Assembly: GCA_031430995.1 (NCBI GenBank)
Contig: JANPCO010000131.1
Location: forward strand, 25,155 to 89,154
Origin: Sphingomonadales bacterium
GTDB taxonomy: Bacteria; Pseudomonadota; Alphaproteobacteria; Sphingomonadales; Sphingomonadaceae
Direction of reading: 5' to 3'
DNA: 64,000 bases
The translations under genes and the position numbers were made by a program. This document shows positions 18,809-27,704 of this stretch, one piece after another (position 1 is the stretch's first letter; each line of letters begins with the position of its first letter). The notes under the pieces are model-generated. The model did no database searches, was not told the DNA's origin, and worked only from the letters and a program-made list of their open reading frames with translations.

Positions 18809-19161
18809 TGAAAAATGTTCAGATCATCGACGGTGCTGAAAATTGCACATTTTCCGTGTTTGAATTTACAGACCAGCAGTTCTCGATAATATTTTCAACT
18901 AAAGGTCAAGATTTAGCTTTTGCCGAAGAGCTGGAAACAAGACTTTCTGCTGCTCAACTGGTGATAGCATTTGAAGGTGTTTGGAACCGCCCGGCGGACA
19001 AACAACAAATTCAAGGACTTCATGGAACCATATTCTATGGCTTTTCCGAGAAAAGACATGTCTTTCCCGCGACAAGGCGAGAGTGTGACTGGGACGACCA
19101 AGCGGTTAATGAAGCGCAACGGCAACTAAATTTCATTCGACGTCAGCAGTCTTCGGAATGA
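18808..19161 (+). CDS. Hypothetical protein (117 aa), no family recognised
   Basis: This clean ORF has an ATG sharing one base with the vapC stop (TGATG) and a stop overlapping the trmD ATG (ATGA). G+C is visibly low (hand count 43/120 in the first 120 nt). Confidence 0.6.
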   Translation: MKNVQIIDGAENCTFSVFEFTDQQFSIIFSTKGQDLAFAEELETRLSAAQLVIAFEGVWNRPADKQQIQGLHGTIFYGFSEKRHVFPATRRECDWDDQAVNEAQRQLNFIRRQQSSE

Positions 19162-20015
19162 CCTTCCAAGCCCAAATCATCACCCTCTACCCCGAGATGT
19201 TCCCCGGCCCGCTCGGAGTCTCGCTGGCAGGCAGAGCGTTGGCAGAGGGGATATGGTCTTGCACGCCCATCCAACTGCGCGACTTTGCGAGCGACAAGCA
19301 CCGGACGGTGGATGATACGCCTGCGGGGGGCGGGGCGGGGATGGTGTTGAAGGCGGATGTGCTGGCGCGGGCTGTGGAGTTTGCGGGTGAAGAGATGGCC
19401 ATGCTGTGCTCCGGCGAAGGCCGGAGCCGACGGGGGCTTGATAACAAGGCATCGCCGGATCCTGCGTTTGGGGCTGGGCTCCGGCCTTCGCCGGAGCACG
19501 GCGAGCGCGCGACCCCGGCTGTCCCCATACTCGCCCTCACTCCCCGAGGCACGCCGATCACGCAGGCCCGCATACGGCAAATCGCCCAAGGCCCCGGTGT
19601 CACTCTGATCTGCGGGCGCTTTGAAGGCTTCGACGAACGACTGTTTGATGCTTACCCGCAAATCGAACAAGTCAGCGTTGGCGACATCGTCCTCTCTGGC
19701 GGGGAGCCTGCTGCGCTGATGCTGCTCGATGCTTGCATTCGGCTGCTTCCCGGCGTAATGGGCGCGTCTTGCAGTGGTGTTGAAGAGTCGTTCGAAAACG
19801 GCCTGCTTGAATATCCGCACTACACCCGGCCCGCTGATTGGGAAGGGCGGCTGATCCCGCAAGTGTTGCGATCGGGGGATCATGCGAAGATCGAAGCGTG
19901 GCGCAAGTCGCAGTCCGAGATCGATACACGGTTACGCAGACCGGACCTTTGGGAGCGCCATATTGGAACTCGGGTTCAGCCTGCCTATGGCGCGCGACGA
20001 AAGAATAAGGACTAA
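19158..20015 (+). CDS. trmD: tRNA (m1G37) methyltransferase TrmD carrying an internal insertion of about 40 aa
   Basis: It has [33 protein letters not shown] and SGGEPAA motifs. Residues around 80-121 have no counterpart in E. coli TrmD as I recall it. Confidence 0.9.
   Translation: MTFQAQIITLYPEMFPGPLGVSLAGRALAEGIWSCTPIQLRDFASDKHRTVDDTPAGGGAGMVLKADVLARAVEFAGEEMAMLCSGEGRSRRGLDNKASPDPAFGAGLRPSPEHGERATPAVPILALTPRGTPITQARIRQIAQGPGVTLICGRFEGFDERLFDAYPQIEQVSVGDIVLSGGEPAALMLLDACIRLLPGVMGASCSGVEESFENGLLEYPHYTRPADWEGRLIPQVLRSGDHAKIEAWRKSQSEIDTRLRRPDLWERHIGTRVQPAYGARRKNKD
19407..19498. repeat. Perfect 22-bp inverted repeat pair (nested palindrome) inside the trmD coding sequence
   Basis: The arm 19407-19428 (tgctccggcgaaggccggagcc) and the arm 19477-19498 (ggctccggccttcgccggagca) are exact reverse complements. 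Each arm is itself a small hairpin (ctccggc-gaag-gccggag). Confidence 0.9.
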
Positions 20016-20022
20016 CTGGGGC

Positions 20023-20439
20023 ATGAACCTCATCCAAACAATCGAGGCGGAACAAATCGCCAAAATGACAGCCAGACTGACCGATGCAGGCCGGACCATT
20101 CCAGATTTTCGCCCCGGTGATACGCTGAAAGTCGGCGTGAAGGTGATCGAAGGTGAGCGCACCCGCGTTCAGAATTACGAAGGCGTGTGCATTGCACGGT
20201 CTAACAAGGGCATAGGCTCCAACTTCACTGTGCGGAAAATTTCGTTCGGCGAAGGTGTTGAGCGCGTTTTTCCGCTTTATTCGCCCAACATCGACAGCAT
20301 TGAAGTGATCCGCAAGGGCGCTGTGCGTCGTGCCAAACTTTACTATCTACGCGGTCGTCGCGGCAAATCGGCGCGGATCGCCGAACGCCGGGACACGCGA
20401 ATTACAGACGCCGCGAAGAAAACAGGTTCTGACGCCTGA
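20023..20439 (+). CDS. rplS: 50S ribosomal protein L19
   Basis: The protein reads [12 protein letters not shown]...[31 protein letters not shown]. The start was moved to the ATG at 20023. Confidence 0.95.
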   Translation: MNLIQTIEAEQIAKMTARLTDAGRTIPDFRPGDTLKVGVKVIEGERTRVQNYEGVCIARSNKGIGSNFTVRKISFGEGVERVFPLYSPNIDSIEVIRKGAVRRAKLYYLRGRRGKSARIAERRDTRITDAAKKTGSDA

Positions 20440-20466
20440 TCCCGTTCGTTTGTTAAGCGAGTTGCC

Positions 20467-20506
20467 AAAAGGGCCGGGATCCAAGAGAGGGTTCCGGCCC
20501 TTTTTC
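20467..20506 (+). terminator. Rho-independent terminator after rplS
   Basis: The stem agggccgg / ccggccct (20470-20477 / 20494-20501) is followed by ttttt. Confidence 0.7.
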
Positions 20507-20523
20507 GTTGGTGGAGTGAGGAT

Positions 20524-22740
20524 GTGGTGAGATGGATAGTATTGGCCGCTGCCCTGATTGCGGGGGGACAACCAGCGATGGCTGAGAACAACCCTCTGAC
20601 GCTGGAACGTGTTTTCGCTTCGCCTTCGATCAATGGACCTGCGCCGCGCGCAGTGAAGCTGTCACCCGATGGCCGCTTGCTCACGTCGCTGCGACCGCGC
20701 GCTAATGACCGGGAGCGTTTTGACCTGTGGGCGCTCGACACCGTGACGGGCGAGTGGCGTATGCTCGTCGATAGCCTGAAAATCGGCACGGGTGCCGAAC
20801 TGTCGGAAGCGGAAAAGATGCAGCGCGAACGCGCCCGGATTGGCGGCAGCAAAGGCATTGTTGCCTATGACTGGTCGCCTGACAGCCAGTCAATTCTGGT
20901 GCCGCTGGATGGCGACATTTTCCTTGCTGACTTGTCGGGCAAAGTCACACGGCTCACCGCCACACAAGCAGGCGAACTCGACGCGACAATGAGCCCCAAA
21001 GGCGGATTCGTCTCCTTCATTCGCGATCAGAACCTGTTTGTGCGCAGCGTTGCTAAGGGCAGTGCGACGGGCAAAGAACGCGCGCTGACAACAGAGGGCA
21101 AAGACCTGGTCAGCTGGGGCGTCGCGGAATTTGTGGCGCAAGAGGAAATGGACCGAACGCGTGGGGCTTGGTGGTCCCCTGATGATAGCCGGATCGCCGC
21201 CGCTCGCGTCGATGAAGAACCAGTGGCCGTCGTGAGCCGCGCAGCGATTGGTGCGGACGGCACCAAGGTTTTCGATCAACGTTACCCGCTGGCAGGCACA
21301 GCCAATGCGATCGTTTCGCTCCACATCATTCAGTCCGACGGGTCAGGCGAAGTGCGCGTCGATCTTGGTGAAAATCCCGATATCTATCTGGCCCGCGTCG
21401 ATTGGGTTCCGGACGGCAAGAGCCTGATCGCACAGCGCCAATCGCGCGATCAAAAGACACTGGATGTCTTGACTGTTAATGCTTTCACCGGCGCGTCGAA
21501 AATTCTATTCACAGAAACCTCGAAAACCTGGATCAATTTGCATGACAATTTGCGCTTCCTAAAAGATGGCAGCTTGCTGTGGACGTCAGAGAAAGACGGT
21601 TACAACCATATCTACCGGATCAAGGGCGGCAAGTGGCAGCAACTCACCAAAGGCGCGTGGATGGTGCGCGCCGTCACGGGTGTCGATGAAGCAGCGGGCA
21701 AGCTTTATTTCACCGCCAACCGCGAAACGCCGATCGAACAGCATTTTTACAGCATGCCACTCAGTGGCGGCGAGCCCACTCTGCAAACTCCGCGCGGCGG
21801 CTGGCACAGCGTCACGATGAACAAGGCCGCGAACCGCGCCATCATCACCCACTCAACCCCCAATCAGCCAGACCAAGTCTATCTGGCAGGGGCCGATGGT
21901 CAGCGGACGGCGTGGATTGAAGAAAATGCCCTTGGTGCCGCGCATCCCTATGCGCCTTATCTGGCCAGCCATACGGCACCGCAGTTCGGGACGATCAAAG
22001 CGGCCGATGGCACAGTGCTGCACACCAAGCTGCTGCTGCCCAAGATGGAAGCAGGCAAACGCTATCCGGTCTTTGTGCAAGTCTACGGCGGGCCGGGGGC
22101 CGGGCGTCAAGTGACCGCGACATGGGGGGGCGCTTTGCATCAGTTGTTGGTTGATCAGGGGTGGATCGTCTTTTCGGTCGATGGGCGCGGCACACCAGAC
22201 CGCGGCAAGGCATTTGAAGACCCGATCTATCAAGCAATGGGCAGCGTCGAAGTGGCTGACCAACTGGCGGGTGTGGCTTGGCTAAAAGGACAATCCTATG
22301 TCGACCCTGCCAAGCTCGCCGTCTATGGCTGGTCCTACGGCGGCTATATGACGCTCAAGCTTCTTCAGGCCGCGCCCGGCACTTTTGCCGCTGGGGTGTC
22401 CGGCGCGCCAGTCACTAAGTGGGGGCTGTATGATACCCATTATACGGAGCGTTACATGGGCGATCCGCGCATGGTGCCGGATGCCTATGCCAAAGCGGAT
22501 GTCATTCCGAATGCCGCCAAAATCGCCGATCCGCTGCTGCTCATTCACGGGATGGCGGATGATAATGTGGTATTTGATCATTCGACAGCGCTGATGGGCG
22601 CGCTTCAAGGGGCAGCAGTGCCGTTTGAAACGATGGTTTACCCCGGGCAAACCCACCGAGTTGGCGGGCCCAAGGTGAGTGTCCATCTCTGGACGTCGAT
22701 CCTCAATTTTTTGAACCGCGAAGTTAAGAATAAGGACTAG
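20524..22740 (+). CDS. Secreted dipeptidyl peptidase IV (S9B family)
   Basis: It has a signal peptide, a DPP-IV-type beta-propeller N-terminus and a catalytic GWSYGGY motif with downstream Asp/His regions. Confidence 0.85.
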   Translation: MVRWIVLAAALIAGGQPAMAENNPLTLERVFASPSINGPAPRAVKLSPDGRLLTSLRPRANDRERFDLWALDTVTGEWRMLVDSLKIGTGAELSEAEKMQRERARIGGSKGIVAYDWSPDSQSILVPLDGDIFLADLSGKVTRLTATQAGELDATMSPKGGFVSFIRDQNLFVRSVAKGSATGKERALTTEGKDLVSWGVAEFVAQEEMDRTRGAWWSPDDSRIAAARVDEEPVAVVSRAAIGADGTKVFDQRYPLAGTANAIVSLHIIQSDGSGEVRVDLGENPDIYLARVDWVPDGKSLIAQRQSRDQKTLDVLTVNAFTGASKILFTETSKTWINLHDNLRFLKDGSLLWTSEKDGYNHIYRIKGGKWQQLTKGAWMVRAVTGVDEAAGKLYFTANRETPIEQHFYSMPLSGGEPTLQTPRGGWHSVTMNKAANRAIITHSTPNQPDQVYLAGADGQRTAWIEENALGAAHPYAPYLASHTAPQFGTIKAADGTVLHTKLLLPKMEAGKRYPVFVQVYGGPGAGRQVTATWGGALHQLLVDQGWIVFSVDGRGTPDRGKAFEDPIYQAMGSVEVADQLAGVAWLKGQSYVDPAKLAVYGWSYGGYMTLKLLQAAPGTFAAGVSGAPVTKWGLYDTHYTERYMGDPRMVPDAYAKADVIPNAAKIADPLLLIHGMADDNVVFDHSTALMGALQGAAVPFETMVYPGQTHRVGGPKVSVHLWTSILNFLNREVKNKD

Positions 22741-22743
22741 ATC

Positions 22744-23769
22744 ATGGGTTACCGTATCGTTGTTGCAGGGGCCACGGGAAATGTCGGCCAAGAAATGTTG
22801 AACATCATGGCAGAGCGGGAGTTTCCGCTGGATGATTTGGCGGTGCTGGCATCATCGCGTAGCACCGGCACGCATGTGGACTACGGGGACACGGACAAAA
22901 AATATAAGATCCAGAATATCGAACATTTCGACTTCACGGGCTGGGATATTGCGCTGTTTGCAGTCGGATCAGAGGCAACGGCCATTTACGCGCCCAAGGC
23001 AGCGGCCGCTGGCTGCGTCGTGATTGATAACAGTTCGCTTTACCGGATGGACCCCGATGTGCCGCTGATCGTGCCGGAAGTGAACGCGGACGCCATTGAC
23101 GGGTATAAGCGCAAGAATATCATCGCAAACCCCAACTGCTCAACCGCGCAGCTTGTTGTCGCGCTGAAGCCGCTACACGATTATGCCAAAATCAAACGCG
23201 TGGTGGTTTCAACCTACCAGTCAGTTTCTGGCGCGGGCAAGGCCGGGATGGATGAACTGTTTGAACAGTCACGCAACATTTTCGTCGGTGACAGCGCTGA
23301 GCCTAAAAAGTTCACAAAGCAGATCGCGTTTAACGTCATCCCCCATATCGACAGCTTTCTGGACGATGGTTCGACCAAGGAAGAATGGAAAATGGTGGTT
23401 GAGACCAAGAAGATCCTTGACCCTAAAATCAAGCTCACTGCCACTTGTGTGCGCGTGCCGGTGTTTGTGGGGCATAGCGAAGCCGTGACGATTGAATTTG
23501 AGAATGAAATCTCTGCCAAAAAAGCGCAGAGCCTGCTGCGTGAAGCGCCCGGCGTGATGCTGATCGATAAGCGCGAAGACGGTGGCTATATCACGCCTGT
23601 TGAATGTGTTGGTGACTTTGCCACCTTCGTCAGCCGCGTGCGCGAAGACCCCACCGTTGAGAACGGGCTGGTCCTTTGGTGCGTGTCCGACAATCTGCGC
23701 AAAGGGGCCGCGCTGAATGCCGTGCAAATTGCAGAACTGCTCGGGCGGCGGCATTTGAAGAAAGGGTGA
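22744..23769 (+). CDS. asd: Aspartate-semialdehyde dehydrogenase
   Basis: It has the VAGATGNVGQ NAD-binding fold and an NPNCST active-site Cys motif. Confidence 0.95.
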   Translation: MGYRIVVAGATGNVGQEMLNIMAEREFPLDDLAVLASSRSTGTHVDYGDTDKKYKIQNIEHFDFTGWDIALFAVGSEATAIYAPKAAAAGCVVIDNSSLYRMDPDVPLIVPEVNADAIDGYKRKNIIANPNCSTAQLVVALKPLHDYAKIKRVVVSTYQSVSGAGKAGMDELFEQSRNIFVGDSAEPKKFTKQIAFNVIPHIDSFLDDGSTKEEWKMVVETKKILDPKIKLTATCVRVPVFVGHSEAVTIEFENEISAKKAQSLLREAPGVMLIDKREDGGYITPVECVGDFATFVSRVREDPTVENGLVLWCVSDNLRKGAALNAVQIAELLGRRHLKKG

Positions 23770-23796
23770 GGGCAGAATGGCCGCCCACCAAGGCCT

Positions 23797-25326
23797 CTAA
23801 GCCCGCTTTGGCGGCCGCAGGAGCAAAATGAGCGGCATGAAGGCCAGCACCACGAGCATCATCAATTTGAAATCATTGAGGTAAGCGATCATCGCGGCTT
23901 GGCGAGTCACTTCCAGATCAAGAATGCGCATTGCCGCGTCGCCGTATTGGCTCCAACGGTCCGCCATTGCCGGGTCAATCACGGCCATGCTGGAGGATGT
24001 GACACTGCCTGCAATCGCTTCGTGATTGGTCTGGATTGACCGGGTCAGCACAGTCGTTGTCATTGAAATGCCAATGCTGCCGCCCATGCTGCGCATCAGA
24101 TACATCACGCTTGACCCGTCGGTTCGGTATTGCGGGGAAAGAGTGGCAAAGGCCATAAGATTAGTCGGCATGAACGTCAGCCCCATGCCAATGCCTTGGA
24201 TAAATCCCGCGAGCATGATCGGTTCGCGCTGCATTTCGAGTGACCAGCCCGTCATCATTGCCATCGACCCAACCGTCGTCGAAAAGCCGACCAGCAACAA
24301 TATGCGCGGATCAACGACACCGTTCAGCCGCGAACTGATTGCCATCGCGATTAAAATGCCCAGCCCGCGCGGAGCCAGCAGCAAACCCGTGTCAAAAACT
24401 GTGTAGCCGTAGATGTTTTGCAACATCGGGGGGAGCAGCGCAAAAATGCCGTACATCATCACGCCGATCAGCATGCTGAACACAGTGGCAGACGCAAAAT
24501 TCCGGTTCATGAGCATCGCGCGGTCAAACAAAGTGGCCCCCTTGCTTGTCACCATATGGACGCCGAACAACCACAACGCAGACAAAGCCACCATGCCCTG
24601 AATGCGGATTTCCCAACTTTCCAGCCAATCCGCGCCCTGGCCCCGGTCTAGCATCAGTTGGAGCGCAGCTAACCCGAGTGCCAGCATCGCAAAGCCGAAA
24701 TAATCCAGCCGCCGTTTTGTAATGGCACGCGTCGGCAGCTGCCAGATCAGCAAGGCAATGGTGGGAATGCCGATGGGTAAATTGATATAGAATACCCAGC
24801 GCCAATTATAACTTTCGGTCAGGTATCCGCCAATAACAGGCCCGAAAATCGGTGCGACCATGATCCCCATGCCCCACAGCGCCATGGCTTTGGGGCCCCG
24901 CTCCGGCGGGTTAATGTCAAGCAGAATGGTTTGTGACAAAGGGCCAATGAAAGCTGCGCAAATGCCCTGAAGGATCCGGAAAATAACCATTTCCGTGAGG
25001 TTTACCGCGATGCCGCACAGCATGGATGTGATCGTGAAACCAATGACTGAGGCGATGAACAAATTGCGCGACCCGACCCTGTCTGCCAGCCAACCGGTGA
25101 GTGGCATGGCGACTGCCCCTGCCAATATGTAGCTGGTCAGCACCCAAGTCACCGTTTCACGCGTCGCGCCAAGGCTTGCTTGCATATGTGGCACGGCGAC
25201 GTTGGCAATGGTGGAATCGAGGATTTGGATGATCGTCGCGCCCATCACAGCGACGGTTAGAAGCGTCTTATGCTTGACCGGCATGGCTGCCGTGCCGACG
25301 CTACTCACCGGTGTCGATGCGGACAT
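23797..25326 (-). CDS. emrB: MFS EmrB/QacA-type (DHA2, 14-TMS) multidrug exporter
   Basis: Its length, TM pattern and the motif LTGWLADRVGSR fit this family. The start could instead be the ATG at 25284, which would remove the 26-nt overlap with emrA. Confidence 0.85.
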   Translation of the reverse strand: MSASTPVSSVGTAAMPVKHKTLLTVAVMGATIIQILDSTIANVAVPHMQASLGATRETVTWVLTSYILAGAVAMPLTGWLADRVGSRNLFIASVIGFTITSMLCGIAVNLTEMVIFRILQGICAAFIGPLSQTILLDINPPERGPKAMALWGMGIMVAPIFGPVIGGYLTESYNWRWVFYINLPIGIPTIALLIWQLPTRAITKRRLDYFGFAMLALGLAALQLMLDRGQGADWLESWEIRIQGMVALSALWLFGVHMVTSKGATLFDRAMLMNRNFASATVFSMLIGVMMYGIFALLPPMLQNIYGYTVFDTGLLLAPRGLGILIAMAISSRLNGVVDPRILLLVGFSTTVGSMAMMTGWSLEMQREPIMLAGFIQGIGMGLTFMPTNLMAFATLSPQYRTDGSSVMYLMRSMGGSIGISMTTTVLTRSIQTNHEAIAGSVTSSSMAVIDPAMADRWSQYGDAAMRILDLEVTRQAAMIAYLNDFKLMMLVVLAFMPLILLLRPPKRA

Positions 25327-26359
25327 GGCTGCTCAGCCCGGCAATCAGCGCCCGACCAGGCTTGCTGTCAATGGCAATGCGCACTGGAACCCGCTGTGTC
25401 ACTTTGACCCAGTTGCCATTGGCATTTTGCGCCGGAAGAACTGAGAATTCTGATCCGGTGCCAGCCCCGATGCTTGCGACATGGCCCGAGAGTTTGAGAT
25501 CAGGGTAAGCATCAAAGGTGATCGTGGCGAGTTGACCCGTGCGCATTTTCGCAAGGTCAGTCTCTTTGAAATTGGCTTCGACCCAACTTTTTCCGCGGCC
25601 AACGATCGTCAGTGCGGGAAGGCCCTGGACCATCATTTGGCCAATTTGCAACCGGTCCGCCTGCGTCACGACGCCAGACGCAGGGGCGCGCACTTCCGAA
25701 CGTGCCAAATCAAGCAGCGCACGGTCCCGCTGAACCTGCCCTGCCAGCACGCCAGGGTTAATCCCCGCAGCTGAGCCTGTGGTAAGCGCAGCCCGTGCCT
25801 TTAAGGCTTCTGCCTGGGCGCTTGCCGTCCGGCTGCGCGCTTCCGATAAGGCATGCTCTGCCGCTTGCAACCGCGCGCGCGTGGTAAAGCCGCGCTGCAT
25901 CAGTTCGGATTGACGGCGATATTCCTTTTCGAAAAACGCCACATCTTCCCGCGCGCTGGCAATATCAATGCTTGTCGTCGCATATTCGGTTTGCAGACCG
26001 ACAACTTTGACTTGAGCCGCAGCAATGGTCGCGTTCGCCTGATCGACTGCAAGCTGAAACGGCGTCGGGTCAACGCGAAACAGCAGATCCCCCGCCTTGA
26101 CCGCCTGATCTTCACGCACTGCGACATCAACTATTTTTCCGCCGACTTCAGCTGAAATGGACACCTTATCTTGTTGTACATAGGCATTGTCAGTCGACAC
26201 ATAATGATCATTCAAAACATAATAGGTGCCAGCTGCCGCCACTAAGATGACGGGCACTGAGGCCATTAAAGCTAAGCGCCTGAATTTGCGTTTTGGGCGT
26301 GGCAGAGGGACAAGTGCAGTGGCACCGTCTGTTTGAATTGCGGGGTCCGCCTCAGCCAT
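25301..26359 (-). CDS. emrA: HlyD-family membrane fusion protein EmrA
   Basis: It has a single N-terminal TM helix, a coiled-coil region and a barrel-sandwich layout. It lies in an operon with emrB. Confidence 0.85.
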   Translation of the reverse strand: MAEADPAIQTDGATALVPLPRPKRKFRRLALMASVPVILVAAAGTYYVLNDHYVSTDNAYVQQDKVSISAEVGGKIVDVAVREDQAVKAGDLLFRVDPTPFQLAVDQANATIAAAQVKVVGLQTEYATTSIDIASAREDVAFFEKEYRRQSELMQRGFTTRARLQAAEHALSEARSRTASAQAEALKARAALTTGSAAGINPGVLAGQVQRDRALLDLARSEVRAPASGVVTQADRLQIGQMMVQGLPALTIVGRGKSWVEANFKETDLAKMRTGQLATITFDAYPDLKLSGHVASIGAGTGSEFSVLPAQNANGNWVKVTQRVPVRIAIDSKPGRALIAGLSSHVRIDTGE

Positions 26360-26807
26360 GGGATAATTGCTCCACCCTTCGGTTTTCTTGGCGACGGTTC
26401 AAATTGGCCCGCACCTGTTCAAGTGCCGCAAAGAGGCCGTGTCGGTCACTTTCATCAAGTCCGTTCAGCGCATCGTCAAACAGGCTTAGCGCCAATGGAT
26501 GCAATTCATCCATCAATGCGTGGCCTTTGTCAGTCACATAAAGTTGCCACGCCCGCCGGTCTGCCGGGTTCGCGCGCCGTTCCACCAGGCCCGTTTCTTC
26601 AAGCCGGTCCACCATACGGCACAGCGTGATGGGTTCGACTTCCATCAGGTCAGCCAGTGCTCCTTGGTTAGACCCCTCATGCCGTTTCAAAGTGGAAAGC
26701 ATGCGCCACTGCGGACGCGTGACGCCAATTCCGCGTGCACGATCATCAAAGGACCGGCGCAGCAGGCGCGAAACATCACCGATCAGGAACCCCAACGCAT
26801 CACTCAT
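26352..26807 (-). CDS. MarR-family transcriptional regulator
   Basis: The winged-helix region reads TRPQWRMLSTL...LADLMEVEPITLCRMVDRLEETGLVERR. The start was moved to the ATG at 26807, because the 12 codons upstream are an AT-rich palindrome. Confidence 0.85.
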   Translation of the reverse strand: MSDALGFLIGDVSRLLRRSFDDRARGIGVTRPQWRMLSTLKRHEGSNQGALADLMEVEPITLCRMVDRLEETGLVERRANPADRRAWQLYVTDKGHALMDELHPLALSLFDDALNGLDESDRHGLFAALEQVRANLNRRQENRRVEQLSHG

Positions 26808-26817
26808 GTTTGATGAT

Positions 26818-26837
26818 ATAATAACAATGCTTATTAT
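26818..26837. promoter_or_regulatory. AT-rich palindrome ATAATAA-CAATGC-TTATTAT, candidate MarR operator or promoter element
   Basis: The 7-bp perfect inverted arms lie 10 nt upstream of the marR start, in the divergent marR / hydrolase spacer. Confidence 0.4.
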
Positions 26838-26921
26838 TGTCAACCGCGACTATCGACGCTTGTCTTATTGGAAGGACAAAGATAGCAGTCACTCAATCAA
26901 CACTGACCGAAAGACCCTAGC

Positions 26922-27680
26922 TTGACGACAGTTTCGACGACTACTTTCACGACGCCCGACGGCGTTGATATTGCCGTGCATGAAATCGGGGAGGGCCGTC
27001 CCTTGGTTCTGCTGCACGGCTATTTTTCTGATGCTGAGACCAACTGGATCAAATATGGCCATGCAGCGCTCATCGCGGCTGCGGGCTTTCGTGTCATCAT
27101 GCCCGACCTTCGTGCGCATGGCCAAAGTGACAAGCCTCACGAGCCCACGTCTTATCCGCCTGACATATTGGCCGATGATCAATTGGCGCTGATTGCGCAT
27201 CTTGGCTTGGTCGACTTTGATCTGGGCGGATACTCCCTTGGCGGACGCACTGTTGCGCGGTTGCTGGCGCGCGGCGTACGGCCAGGAAAAGCCATCATAT
27301 CCGGCATGGGGCTTACCGGGCTGACCCAAACACAGGGGCGCGGCGCTTTCTTTGCCCATGTGCTTGATAATCTGGGCACTCACGAACGGTATAGCCGCGA
27401 ATGGATGGCGGAGGCGTTCCTGAAAAGCAGCGGCGGCGATCCAGTCGCTCTGCGTCAGATATTAGAAACATTCGTTGATACGAGTGAGGCGGAGTTGGCG
27501 TCTTTCACTGTGCCTATTGGGGTTGTGTGCGGCGTTGACGATCAAGACAATGGCAGCGCAGCGGATTTGGCTGCTTCATTGTCAAACGGAGCCCTGATCC
27601 CTGTTCCCGGCAACCATATGACTGCCGTCACCAAAGCCGAACTTGGCGCAGCCATCCGCGATTTTCTCATTGCAAATTAA
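26922..27680 (+). CDS. Alpha/beta hydrolase
   Basis: It has an HG oxyanion motif (LLHGY) and a nucleophile elbow (GYSLGG). The TTG start is uncertain. Confidence 0.75.
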   Translation: MTTVSTTTFTTPDGVDIAVHEIGEGRPLVLLHGYFSDAETNWIKYGHAALIAAAGFRVIMPDLRAHGQSDKPHEPTSYPPDILADDQLALIAHLGLVDFDLGGYSLGGRTVARLLARGVRPGKAIISGMGLTGLTQTQGRGAFFAHVLDNLGTHERYSREWMAEAFLKSSGGDPVALRQILETFVDTSEAELASFTVPIGVVCGVDDQDNGSAADLAASLSNGALIPVPGNHMTAVTKAELGAAIRDFLIAN

Positions 27681-27704
27681 GCGAGGCTGGGCCACTTAAC
27701 TGAC

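Noticed and set aside
19143-19883. A 246-aa minus-strand ORF covering trmD.
   Set aside because: It is antisense to a well-supported essential gene, and no motifs are present. It is partly kept open by the palindromic insertion, which reads open in both directions.
26808-26843. A 12-codon extension of marR (MTIISIVIISSN).
   Set aside because: It is encoded by the AT-rich palindrome that looks like the promoter or operator. MarR homology starts after the ATG at 26807.
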